DNA of 64,000 bases from Eledone cirrhosa (Eukaryota): contig CAXHJY010001404.1 in the NCBI GenBank assembly GCA_964016885.1, positions 124,001 through 188,000 on the forward strand, read 5' to 3'. The notes beneath the pieces are model-generated. The model saw nothing but the letters and a program-made list of their open reading frames with translations, searched no databases and had not been told where the DNA came from. The translations under genes and the position numbers were made by a program. Shown here piece after piece: positions 1-10,828 of this stretch (positions are counted from its first letter, which is position 1; every line of letters begins with the position of its first letter).

Positions 1-196
1 GTAAAGGCTTTACCTCACATAATATTGAGAGCAACACTTTAACATTGATATCAGCGGCCAGTTACAGCCGGTTTGAACAGAAAGAGGTGAGAGAATTCCA
101 GCCGGATACAGCCAGTTTAAATGCTAAAGGGCTAAAGAACATAAAGACAATAAATATACCATACACAATTTGATGGTGGTAAATAGTAGAAATAGT

Positions 197-414
197 GATT
201 TCTAGTATAGGCACAAGGCCAACGATTTGAGGGGAGGAGAAAGTTGATTAAATCGACCCCAGTACGTTTCTGGTACTTTATTTTATCGACCTCGTAAGGA
301 TGAAAGGCAAAGTTAACCTCAGCGGGATTTGAACTCAGATCATAAAGGGCCGTAATTCAATGCGACAAAGCATGGCGTCTGGCCCCCTACCGATACTGCC
401 AATCCACCGCTCTG
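197..414 (-). mobile_element. tRNA-derived SINE (abundant family 1) with 15-bp target-site duplication
   Basis: Minus strand reads gcggtggattggcagtatcg...ctgagttcaaatcccgctgaggttaactttgcctttcatcc...gataaaataaagtaccag (A/B-box-like head, body repeated many times in the window). Direct repeat aatagtagaaatagt at 182-196 and 415-429. Confidence 0.8.
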
Positions 415-589
415 AATAGTAGAAATAGTAAAACTGGATTAACATGCTCAACAATATTAAAACTTTTGATACCAACTCGTCCAACACCGCTCCTGGTTCT
501 ATGAAGCAAATTTACTTACTTAGTCTTAGAAGCTCACGCAACTTGATATGCATAGGGACATTAAGGGCAATCCAGCCTTTCCTATTCTC

Positions 590-730
590 AGCCATGGCAG
601 GTACATCATTCCATTCCTTGTTTACCAGTCATAGATCTTGCACAATGTTCTGATGCCAATTCATTTTAGGTCTTCTTTGCTTATTTTACCTTCCACAACG
701 CAGTGCAAAGTTTGGTTGGCTAGTCCTATT
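590..730 (-). pseudogene. Old RTE-type LINE 3' fragment
   Basis: Minus-strand translation resembles an RTE C-terminus (GLANQTLHCVVEGK...RRPKMNW), with a frameshift. Confidence 0.45.
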
Positions 731-917
731 TGTGGCAGTCTGGAAAAGTGTCTAAGCCAGTTAAGGCACCTTTAACAGATTTTTGACGATATTGGCTACT
801 GACTTGTTCATTCTCTGATTTCTTTATTTGACACCAACGATTATAAATTAAAACCTTCCAACATAGTTTCACTTTTGTTATGTGACAAATACCATTAATA
901 CTGTATATATATATATA

Positions 918-1867
918 CAAAATCCTTTCCTTCTTCCTTCTTCGAAGGCACGGGGCGGTCAAACGCCTAACACCCACAGCCATCATGTGGCCCCCTACCC
1001 TCGCTCTCTCTCACTCCCTCTCTCCCTCTCTCTCTCTCTCTCCCTATAAATATATGATAGGAATTCACTTCGCCAAATTTCATTTCATTGCTTGCTGTTC
1101 AAACGAAACTCATGTAAACGTAATGTACAGACTTCATCTCTCTCTCTCTCTCTCCTAGCGTATTTTCAAAACAATCCATATTTCGTAGCAAGTCCAAATA
1201 GCCAATCTATCGCTAAAACAAACTACATTTTCTGTTTCTATTAAGTGCTAAATACGTTTAGGTTTTTGGACGTATTTAACAGAACAAATTTTGTATTTTT
1301 GTTAATCGCTTGTTACATGCATGGACCCCTATCAATCATTACCTTCTTGCTAGCTATTTTCAAACCTTAATTCCTAACGTATTTTCAAACCCCAATCCCT
1401 AATTCTAGCGTATCTTCAAAACAAAAAAGCAAAATCCTTTCCTTCTTCCTTCTTCGAAGGCACGGGGCGGTCAAACGCCTAACACCCACAGCCATCATGT
1501 GGCCCCCTACCCTCGCTCTCTCTCACTCCCTCTCTCCCTCTCTCTCTCTCTCTCCCTATAAATATATGATAGGAATTCACTTCGCCAAATTTCATTTCAT
1601 TGCTTGCTGTTCAAACGAAACTCATGTAAACGTAATGTACAGACTTCATCTCTCTCTCTCTCTCTCCTAGCGTATTTTCAAAACAATCCATATTTCGTAG
1701 CAAGTCCAAATAGCCAATCTATCGCTAAAACAAACTACATTTTCTGTTTCTATTAAGTGCTAAATACGTTTAGGTTTTTGGACGTATTTAACAGAACAAA
1801 TTTTGTATTTTTGTTAATCGCTTGTTACATGCATGGACCCCTATCAATCATACCTTCTTGCTAGCTA
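918..1867 (+). repeat. Near-perfect tandem duplication (~438 bp, period 512) in the LINE 5' region
   Basis: 918-1356 matches 1430-1867 (caaaatcctttccttc...ccttcttgctagcta); by eye the only difference is a 1-nt indel near the end. Confidence 0.95.
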
Positions 1868-2097
1868 CCCAACACCCATCCCTCCCACCCCCACACACCA
1901 CCATTGCTATTACGTGGACCAATCATAAAACAGAGCCCCCACGCATCACCAGTATTACTACGCGGACCAATCAGAAACCAGAGGCCTATACTATCGCTTG
2001 CCTGGTTGCCTTTCGATATACGATATATGATGGATGGATGGACTGCGGAATCCTGGAGAGTGGAGGTGAGAGAGAAAAATCTGGACGCTCAGCGACA

Positions 2098-5000
2098 ATG
2101 CCAAAGATAAAGACAAATTCACCCCTTGGACGAGAATGCGAGCACTCCTCATTGTTTCGACCGCGGACGGCTAACATAACCCCATCGCCCCCCGCCCCTC
2201 ACCGCCCCCAACCCCCAAACGCAATCCAAAACTTCAGAGTTGGTACCATAAATGTAGGCACCCTAAAGGGTCGCGCCAACGAGGTTGTAGAAATGCTTGA
2301 ACGTAAGGAGGTCGATGTTTGTTGTATTCAAGAGACCAGGTGGAGGGGTGGGTCTGCTAGGTTCATTGAGGGTAAAAAACGTTGTTATAAGCTTTTCTGG
2401 GTGGGAAACGACGATGGGCTGGGTGGAGTAGGAATCATGGTAGCAGAAAAGTGGGCAGATAAGATAATAGACGTAAATAGAGTGAACGACAGAATAATTA
2501 AAATACGACTTGTCCTCAATAGAACTACGGTGACAGTAATATCTGCGTACGCACCCCAATCCGGACTGCCCGGCACTATAAAAGACAGATTCTATGAGAC
2601 ACTGATGCTAACTACCTCCCAAATATCCGACAGTGACTATATAATTATCGCAGGCGACCTAAATGGTCACGTTGGACAACATTGTGACGGCTACGACGAA
2701 ATCCATGGAGGCTATGGGTTTGGTACTAGAAATGAGGAAGGCTCCAGAATCCTGGAATTCTGTGATGCAAATAACCTAACCATCTGTAACACTAACTTCA
2801 AAAAACGTGACAATCACCTGATCACCTATAGATCCGGGGAACACACAAGCCAGGTAGATTATATCCTTACCAGAAGACGTGACAGAGTGTCTGTTGTTAA
2901 CACTAAATCCCTCCCCCATGAAGAATGCACCTCCCAACATAGACTGATAATTAGCGACCTCATAGTCAGGACGAGACGTACTCGACAACAGAAGAGGACT
3001 ATCCTCAGGAGGAAAATATGGAAGCTAAAGGACCCCACAGCCAGGAATAAATTTCAAAGCATATTACTTGATGCTTTCGACAGTAAGGAAGAACATTTAG
3101 AGTCGGACAATATAGAGGGAGAGTGGGAATTTCTGAAAGCAAACCTGCTGTTGGCGACAGACGAGGTCTGTGGCTGGAGCAGGCCTGTAGGCAGGAGGAG
3201 AGTAACATGGTGGTGGAACAGTAAGGTGGAGGGGTCAATTAAGGCCAAAAAGCAGGCTTGGAAAGTATGGCGGGATGGGGGAAGTAGAGAGGACTATCAA
3301 GTGGCCAGGAGGGAAGCTAGGAGACAAGTGTACTTAGCAAGAAGGGAAGCTGAGGAAAGAAAGTTCAAGCATGTTCTACAACGCGATGACCAAAAACGTG
3401 AGGTGTTCAGGATTGCTAGGCAATGCGTCAAGGAAAACCGTGATATTGTCGGGGAGAAGTGTGTACTAAACGACGATGGCACACTTGCCATCACCGACGC
3501 TGATAAGAAGGTAGCTTGGAAGTGTCACTATGAAAGGCTTCTAAATGAGGAGAATAATTGGGAGAAAGGCAGTCTCCCCCATATCGACCCAATAGAGGGA
3601 CCAGCAGTGTTAGTCGAGGGGAGTATAATAAGTAAGGCAATCAAGGATATGAAGACTGGTAAGGCGGCTGGGCCTTCGGAAATAGTTGCTGAGATGCTGA
3701 AGGCATCTGGCACGGTGGGACACACCATGGTCACCCGCATAGTTAACCAAGTCGTACAGAACGGGGTTGTTCCGAAGGACTGGCATAGCAGCATCATCGT
3801 TAACTGTTATAAGGGTAAAGGAGACGCCCTAGATAGGAGTAACTATAGAGGCATTAAATTAATCGACCAGGTCATGAAGGTCACGGAAAGAGTAATAGCG
3901 CAACTAATCAGAGAGAGAATTGACCTAGATGAAATGCAGTTCGGGTTTGTGTCAGGCAAAAGTACCACAGACGCTCTTTTCATAGTACGACAACTACAGG
4001 AGAAGTACCTAGCTAAAGGTAAACCCCTCTACTTAGCTTTTGTCGACTTGGAGAAAGCCTTCGACAGAGTCCCCCGCTCCATTATCTGGTGGGCTCTTAG
4101 AAAACTAGGCGTTGACGAATGGCTTGTGAGGGCTATACAAGCCATGTATAAAGAAACAGTCAGCAAGGTTAGAATTAACAACGAATATAGTGAAGAGTTT
4201 AGCGTAAAAGTCGGCGTCCATCAGGGCTCTGTTCTCAGTCCACTACTATTTATTATTGCCCTTCAGGCTATAACAGAGGAGTTCAAGACAGGCTGCCCAT
4301 GGGAACTCCTATACGCAGACGACCTGACACTCATAGCGGAATCAATGGCCGAGCTAGAGAAGAAATTCCAAACATGGAAGCACGGCCTAGAGTCAAAAGG
4401 ACTTAAAATTAACCTGGCTAAGACCAAAGTACTAGTTTGTAGGAAAGAAAACAAGGCGGCGGTCCCTTCGGGGAAATGGTCGTGCTCGGTGTGTAGGAAA
4501 GGCGTAGGTAGAAACTCCATTTTATGTCCTAAATGCAAAGTATGGGTGCATAAAAGATGTAGTGGGATCACAGGTAAGCTAACTAAGAACATAGATTTTA
4601 CATGTGGCCGGTGCTCTGGTGCAATAAGTAGCAGCAAGTGCCCACAAACTACTAGCTCTTTCAATTGCGCAGAGGGTTCTATAGAAATAGTGGACAGCTT
4701 CCGTTACCTGGGCGATAAAATCAGCAGTGGGGGAGGGTGCTCTGAAAGTACTGTAGCTAGAGTCAGAACTGGTTGGAAAAAGTTCAGAGAGCTTATACCA
4801 CTATTAGCTGCTAAAGGGTTCTCACTAAAAATGAAAGGCAGGTTGTACGATGCCTGCATACGAACAGCAATGCTGCATGGCAGTGAGACCTGGGCATTGT
4901 GTGCAGAGGATATACGCAGACTAGAGAGGAACGAAGCTTGCATGCTCCGCTGGATGTGTAACAGTAATATACGTGAACGGCAAAGCATAAACAAACTAAG

Positions 5001-5268
5001 GAATAAATTAGAGATAAGAGGGATCAGATGTTGTTTACTCGAGAGAAGGCTACGTTGGTATGGACACGTGATGCGCATGAAAGTCGATAGCTGTATAACA
5101 AAGTGCAGGGCAATAAAGATAGACGGTAGTCACGGAATAGGCAGACCTAGAAAAACCTGGGACGAGCTGATAAACTCCGACATCACACACTTACACCTCT
5201 CCAAGACAATGTCACTGGACCGAGACCTTTGGCGGTACTCAGTAACAGAGAAGACCCGCCTTACCTAA
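2098..5268 (+). CDS. RTE ORF: AP-like endonuclease + reverse transcriptase with inserted PHD-like finger
   Basis: Frame open from 1822; ATG at 2098 (MPKIKTN) is mirrored by MSQIKIN in the 11.3 kb copy. EN motifs: GTINVGTL, IQETRW, SAYAPQSG, GDLNGHVG, VDYIL, SQHR. RT motifs: QFGF, FVDLEKAFDRV, GVHQGSVLSP, YADD, FRYLG. RTE C-terminus: RRLRWYGHVMRM, GRPRKTW. Confidence 0.95.
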   Translation: MPKIKTNSPLGRECEHSSLFRPRTANITPSPPAPHRPQPPNAIQNFRVGTINVGTLKGRANEVVEMLERKEVDVCCIQETRWRGGSARFIEGKKRCYKLFWVGNDDGLGGVGIMVAEKWADKIIDVNRVNDRIIKIRLVLNRTTVTVISAYAPQSGLPGTIKDRFYETLMLTTSQISDSDYIIIAGDLNGHVGQHCDGYDEIHGGYGFGTRNEEGSRILEFCDANNLTICNTNFKKRDNHLITYRSGEHTSQVDYILTRRRDRVSVVNTKSLPHEECTSQHRLIISDLIVRTRRTRQQKRTILRRKIWKLKDPTARNKFQSILLDAFDSKEEHLESDNIEGEWEFLKANLLLATDEVCGWSRPVGRRRVTWWWNSKVEGSIKAKKQAWKVWRDGGSREDYQVARREARRQVYLARREAEERKFKHVLQRDDQKREVFRIARQCVKENRDIVGEKCVLNDDGTLAITDADKKVAWKCHYERLLNEENNWEKGSLPHIDPIEGPAVLVEGSIISKAIKDMKTGKAAGPSEIVAEMLKASGTVGHTMVTRIVNQVVQNGVVPKDWHSSIIVNCYKGKGDALDRSNYRGIKLIDQVMKVTERVIAQLIRERIDLDEMQFGFVSGKSTTDALFIVRQLQEKYLAKGKPLYLAFVDLEKAFDRVPRSIIWWALRKLGVDEWLVRAIQAMYKETVSKVRINNEYSEEFSVKVGVHQGSVLSPLLFIIALQAITEEFKTGCPWELLYADDLTLIAESMAELEKKFQTWKHGLESKGLKINLAKTKVLVCRKENKAAVPSGKWSCSVCRKGVGRNSILCPKCKVWVHKRCSGITGKLTKNIDFTCGRCSGAISSSKCPQTTSSFNCAEGSIEIVDSFRYLGDKISSGGGCSESTVARVRTGWKKFRELIPLLAAKGFSLKMKGRLYDACIRTAMLHGSETWALCAEDIRRLERNEACMLRWMCNSNIRERQSINKLRNKLEIRGIRCCLLERRLRWYGHVMRMKVDSCITKCRAIKIDGSHGIGRPRKTWDELINSDITHLHLSKTMSLDRDLWRYSVTEKTRLT

Positions 5269-5712
5269 ATATATAGTAAAACCTACTCCAGCCAGTAGGC
5301 ATCTCTAACAAAATACACCCCGTCCCACCACCCCCACCCCCACCCGATCCACACCACCCCGTTCTATGTAAAGTTATGTTGGTGCCGCGCCATCGAGGCC
5401 GAAACAAATGAGATCGTGTAGGTGTCACGACAAAAAAACACACAGTCCACGCTGTAATGTGGCCGTGTAGGCAACACGGTAAAAACCTCCCAGACCCACA
5501 CTGTAAATGTGGTTGGTGTTAGGAAGGGCATCCAACTGTAGAAAACCTGCCAGACAGTCCTATGCGAGCAAGACAATCACTCTTGCCTCAAGTGGGACTA
5601 CCCCCGTCCAAACCCATGCAAGCGTGGAACACGGACGTTAAACGTTGATGATGATGATGATGATGATATATATATATAATGCATACGTACACACACACAC
5701 ATACACACACAC

Positions 5713-5743
<31 letters not shown>

Positions 5744-5788
5744 CATATACATATATATATACATATACATATACATATATATATATAC

Positions 5789-5820
<32 letters not shown>

Positions 5821-5824
<4 letters not shown>

Positions 5825-6229
5825 TGTTATACTTTGGGAGGGTCATGTTGCCAATAAGAAACACACGCACCAGTTGCTTTCACTTCAATTTCACTGTGTG
5901 ACACACAGAGAAACAAAATGGCGTAGGATAGAAGAAAGGAAAGGCACAGAAACGAAGAAAGGAATCCCCAGTCACTGAAGAGGTCACAGAGTGTGTGACG
6001 AAAGGACTATGACTATATATAAACAACTATCTGGTTGTGGAACCAACCAACCAACCAGAAATTTATAAGTTTGTAAATTTATAAATTTATAAATATATAA
6101 TAAATTGAAGTGAAAGCAACTGGTGCGTGTGTTTCTTATTGGCAACATGACCCTCCCAAAGTATAACAATATCGGTTTCAACACACGATTTCAGATAAAG
6201 AATCTTGCTAAACAAATTCAGAAACGAAA
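5821..6229 (+). mobile_element. Fold-back non-autonomous element (PLE-terminal-repeat-like, family H1) with hammerhead ribozyme
   Basis: Perfect 71-bp inverted repeat 5821-5891/6102-6172, unpaired tail 6173-6229, TA tracts on both sides, hammerhead core in the spacer. Confidence 0.8.
5970..6014 (+). ncRNA. Minimal type I hammerhead ribozyme motif
   Basis: agtca CTGAAGA g-gtcaca gagtg tgtgac GAAA g ga c TA tgact: stem I agtca/tgact, stem II gtcaca/tgtgac, very short stem III. Confidence 0.75.
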
Positions 6230-6296
6230 TATATATATATATACATATACATATATATATATACATATACATACATATATATATATATATATCCCT

Positions 6297-6430
6297 TTAC
6301 AGTCTGAGTTCAAATCCTGTCGAGGTTGGTTCACTTAGCCTTTCATCCTTACAGGGTCAATAAAATAAAGTACCAGTGATGTACTGGGTAATTGCTGGCC
6401 TTGTGCCAAAAGTAGAATCAATTATTGTTA
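6297..6430 (+). mobile_element. 5'-truncated SINE family 1
   Basis: ctgagttcaaatcc...cctttcatcc...taaaataaagtaccag...ggccttgtgcc, matching the 197-414 copy. Confidence 0.7.
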
Positions 6431-7022
6431 TTTATTAACCTGCCAAGGTTAACTAAAAAAGGTTCCTGTATGAGCAAGGCATGGTCAGCCAACCAGACAC
6501 TGCCCACAACAGGGCAACCCGTCTAACCCATGCTAGCATGGAAGAACGTACGTAAAACGGTGATGATGATGATGAAAACTGTAGTTGTCTGTGTGTGTGT
6601 GTCCTCATTTTTGCAAAGTCTATACAAATCCACATTTCTACTCCGATTGACTTCAAACTTGCATTTATATATTCCTTGCGGTCTAAAGATATTAACTGCA
6701 GCCTTTATTTTTCAATGTTCTGTTGTTAAAGGAGTGTTAGGCGACGGTTATCGATCTCCGTAGCGCTCTTATAATATCTGTCTGTATGCCTGGCTGCCTG
6801 CATTACGACATTCTGACGAACATTGATGACGTATTATGTTCGCTATTATCCTTTCATGGAACATCTTTACGAAACAAAGTATCGTCTTCCTGTTTTCCTT
6901 CGGTTGCAACGTTTTTTGAAATATTTACTTCTGCGTTCACAGCTTGATGTTTTTAGTTTCAGAAGATCCCGTTAAGGGTGAAAGCAACGATTCTTTGCTT
7001 AAACTTTAATCTGTTATTTTAA

Positions 7023-7539
7023 TCTATATATGTATATATATAAAACTGAGGAAGGATGTTAGTATGTTTGTATGTGTGTATATGTGTGTGTTTTGGGTGA
7101 AACCCGAGAAGTGCCCAACCGATTTTTTTCAAACTTTACATGTGTATTACTTATGTTTCAGGGAGTGTTACTTTTTGATCCCCTTGGGCTCGGATTAAGT
7201 GAAAACTGCGTTTTTTCAGCTTTTTAGGGGGTTTTTTAGGCGTTACATCAGACCGATTTTCTTGAAATTGTAACTATCTATTGGTCAGTCTCTTCTTCAT
7301 ACCAAGAGCAAAGAAAATCCAACTTTTTTATGGCCTAGGGCCTGCATTAGGTGAAAAACTTCATTTTTCAGCGTTTTAGGGTTTTTTTGAGGAAAATCTT
7401 AAAGATTATCCAGCCATCAGAGTATTCGGTTTATTTTCTTTACATATTGTCCAGGCATGCAGGTTTTCCACAATTAGGTCTATTGGCGTCCCGCGTTCCA
7501 AAATACCTTATCCCATGCCACGCCGGGTACCACTGCTAG
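7023..7539 (+). mobile_element. Non-autonomous Helitron-like element
   Basis: 5' TCtatatat...taaaactgag followed by a GT-rich stretch; 3' subterminal GC-rich imperfect hairpin cccatgccacgccggg, then ...ctgCTAG; no TSD seen. Confidence 0.7.
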
Positions 7540-7560
7540 CGTATATATATATATATATAT

Positions 7561-8130
7561 ATGGTGGCTGCCAACTCGTTTTCGAGTACGGCCACTACTC
7601 TATATCCATGTAGGAGAACCCCTACTGATGCGCTGAACGAGAGTGACTTTTTAGTCCAGCCAGCGACTTGAAAGCTCTGGTACAAACACTACACTTGTGA
7701 CAATTATTGACACATAGTGCTGGGCCCATGGTACCATGTGACGACAAATGCAGAGAGATCTCCAGATATAAAGCAATGCCTGTGCCGTGAAGCTTTTATA
7801 GTGAGCAAAGGCACTGCACAAAGCCAGTCCCACTCTCTTAACCAAGATGATATTTACCAAAAAGAAGAACAAGTCAACATCATTGGATACCATCAGGGTT
7901 GCAGGTGTTATATCAGAGTTTTCCTTCTCCTAGAATTCTGCCTTGACAAAGGCTAAGGGGTCATCTCTCCCGGTGATTTTGGATGGCCATTGACTCTTAA
8001 GAGCTCCTTTGCCTTTTGACAGGTTTTGTTTTTAGTCCTGCAGGATGTCCAAAGTCACCCTCCTCACCAAGAAACCTTGGTGGGGTTGCCAGTTTAGTCG
8101 CCAACGACCCGACCATGGGACAGGTTGTAC
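7561..8130 (-). mobile_element. Bipartite (internally deleted) RTE-derived non-autonomous element
   Basis: Minus strand carries the RTE 5'-UTR-type motif ctaggagaaggaaaactctga, then a terminal zinc finger CSVCTRAFKSLAGLKSHSRSAHQ* (7622-7699) and a 3' end tggccgtactcgaaaacgagttggcagcc matching the end of the 52.8 kb element. Confidence 0.7.
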
Positions 8131-8372
8131 TCATCATTCATTTCATTTTACGTCCGCTTTTCCCTGCTTGCAAGGGTGGGATGGGAACTGATTCTGGCTT
8201 GATTTCTACAGCTGGATGCCCTTCCTAACACCAACCTCATTTACAGTGAGTGCTGGGTGCTTTTTTCTGTGGCACCTACACGTCCACTTTACAGTGTGGG
8301 CTGGGTGCTTTTTTGCCGTGGCACCTCCACGACCACTCTAGAATGGAATGATATGGACCCCAGTCCCTATCA
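8131..8372 (-). mobile_element. SINE-like 3' segment with RTE family B tail
   Basis: Ends in cccacccttgcaagcagggaaaagcggacgtaaaatg like the LINE end at 17456-17501; contains aggaagggcatccagc; near-identical copy at 62881-63087. Confidence 0.75.
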
Positions 8373-8374
8373 CC

Positions 8375-8510
8375 TCATTTCTACAGCTGAGTAAACTGGA
8401 GCAATGTGAAATAAAGTGTCTTTCTCAAGGAAACAACGCATCACCCGGTCTGAGAATTGAACTCACAACCTTTCGATTGCGAGGCTCTAACCACTAAGCC
8501 ATGTGCCTCC
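8375..8510 (-). mobile_element. tRNA-derived SINE family 2 (CORE-like) 5' part
   Basis: Minus strand: ggcacatggcttagtggttagagc...gagttcaattctc...tttccttgagaaagacactttatttcacattgctccag. Confidence 0.7.
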
Positions 8511-8511
8511 A

Positions 8512-8568
<57 letters not shown>

Positions 8569-8589
8569 ATACTTTATATACATATATAT

Positions 8590-9943
8590 ATCATCATCAT
8601 CATTGTTTAACGTCCATGTTCCACGCTTGCATGGGTTTGGACGGGAGTTTTCCCACTCGAGGCAAGAGTGGTTGTCTTGCTCGCATAGGACTGTCTGGCG
8701 GGTTTTCTACAGCTGGATGCCCTTCCTAACACCAGCCACATTTACAGTGTGGGATTGGGAGGTTTTTACCGTGTTGCCTACACGGCCACATTACAGCGTG
8801 GACTGTGTGTTTTTTTTGTCGTGACACCTACACGATCTCATTTGTTTCGGCCTGGATGTTGTGGCACCAACATAACTTTACATTGAAAGGGGCGGTGTGG
8901 GTGTTGGGAGGGGGATGTATTTTGTTAGAGATACCTACTGACTGTAGTAGGTTTTACTTTGTATTTAGGTAAGGCGTGTCTTCTCTATTACTGAGTGCCG
9001 CCAAAGATCTCGGTCCAGTGACATTGTCTTGGAGAGGTGTAAGTGTGTGAGGTCGGAGTTTATAAGGTCGTCCCAGGTTTTTCTGGGTCTGCCTACTCCG
9101 TGGCTACTGTCTATCTTTATTGCCCTGCACTTTTTATACAGCTGTCCTCTTTCATGCGCATTACGTGACCATACCAACGTAGCCTTCCCTCGAGTAAACA
9201 ACATCTGATCCCTCTTATTTCTAATTTTTCCCTAGTCCGTTTATGCTTTGCCATTCACGTATATTACTATTACACATCCAGTCGAGCATGCAAGCTTCGT
9301 TCCTCTCCAGTCTGCGTATATCCTCTGCACACAATGCCCAGGTCTTACTGCCATGTAACATTGCTGTTCGTATGCAGGCATCATACAGCTTGCCTTTCAT
9401 ATCTAGGGAGAACCCTTTAGCGGCTAATAGTGGTATAAGCTCTCTGAACTTTTTCCATCCAGTTCTGACTCTGGCTACTGTACTTTCAGAGCACCCTCCA
9501 CCACTGCTGATTTTGTCACCCAGGTAACGGAAGCTGTCCACTATTTCTATAGAACCATCTGTGCAATGGAATGAGCTAGTATTCCATGGGCACTTGCTGC
9601 TACTTATTGCACCAGAGCACCGGCCACATATAAAATCTATATTCTTAGTTAGCTTACCTGTGATCCCACTACATCTTTTATGCACTCATACTTTGCATTT
9701 GGGACATAAAATGGAATTTCTGCCTACTCCTTTCCTACACACTGAGCATGGCCATTTCCCGGATGGGACCGGTGCCCTATTTTCTTTCCTACAAACTAGA
9801 ACTTTAGTCTTAGACAGGTTAATTTTAAGGTCTTTTGTTCTAGGCCATCCTTCCATGTTTGGAATTTCTTCTCTAGTTCTTTATACATGGCTTGTATAGC
9901 TCTCACAAGCCATTAACCAACACCTAGTTTTTTAAGAGCCCAC
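8590..9943 (-). mobile_element. RTE family A, 5'-truncated decayed copy
   Basis: ORF pieces 9221-9685 and 8965-9204 are nearly identical to the copy-1 C-terminus; same 3' UTR and (GAT)n tail; internal deletion near 9880. Confidence 0.92.
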
Positions 9944-10326
9944 GATAGCTAATAAGCTTGAAACTAGTACAGCATTCCTTTGTCAGTGTTGAGCAAACGA
10001 GCAACGATGGTTGCTAGACACTACGGCTTAATACGGGATGTTTGTTTACAAACACATCGAGCATTATAATAAATGTTCGGTGAATCCATACGTACATATA
10101 TATATATATGTGTGTGCATGTATGTATATATATATACATACTACTGTACATCTGTATACATATATGTATGTACGTGTAGATACTTATATTTAAGTAACAG
10201 CCGTACTAAGAGTGGGAAATGAAATTTCGTTTCATTTTTTCCGTTTATAAATATAGTTTCCATTTATTTATATCATTGATTTATATTTATATATATATAT
10301 GTATATATATATGTATTTATATATAT

Positions 10327-10459
10327 ATATTGTTATACTTTGGGAGGGTCATGTTGCCAATAAGATTATTGGCAACATGACCCTCCCAAAGTATAACAAT
10401 ATCGGTTTCAACACACGATTTCAGATAAAGAATCTTGCTAAACAAATTCAGAAACGAAA
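10327..10459 (+). mobile_element. Short fold-back copy of family H1
   Basis: Perfect 37-bp arms 10327-10363/10366-10402 with a 2-nt loop; tail identical to 6173-6229; TA flanks. Confidence 0.85.

Positions 10460-10828
<369 letters not shown>

Larger units (their letters stand above)
918..5667 (+). mobile_element. Full-length RTE-clade non-LTR retrotransposon (family A, copy 1)
   Basis: 5' region with tandem duplication, single long ORF, ~380-bp 3' UTR shared with three other copies, (GAT)n tail at 5647-5667, TA tracts on both flanks. Confidence 0.92.

Noticed and set aside
330-414. tRNA-like A/B-box sequences (here and at 25030, 31683, 59785)
   Set aside because: No full cloverleaf; they are heads of SINEs.
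918-1010. GC-rich start of the LINE as a possible HDV-like ribozyme
   Set aside because: Could not identify the nested double pseudoknot by eye; needs a covariance-model search.
1986-5078. Multiple antisense ORFs over the RTE, repeated in other copies
   Set aside because: Shadow frames of the conserved LINE ORF; recurrence reflects copy homology only.
6812-6890. CTGACGA followed by an acat/atgt hairpin
   Set aside because: No GAAA directly after the stem and no stem I; cannot be called a hammerhead.
10056-10095. Hairpin followed by GAAT..GTA
   Set aside because: Lacks CTGANGA and has GAAT instead of GAAA; at best a decayed remnant.
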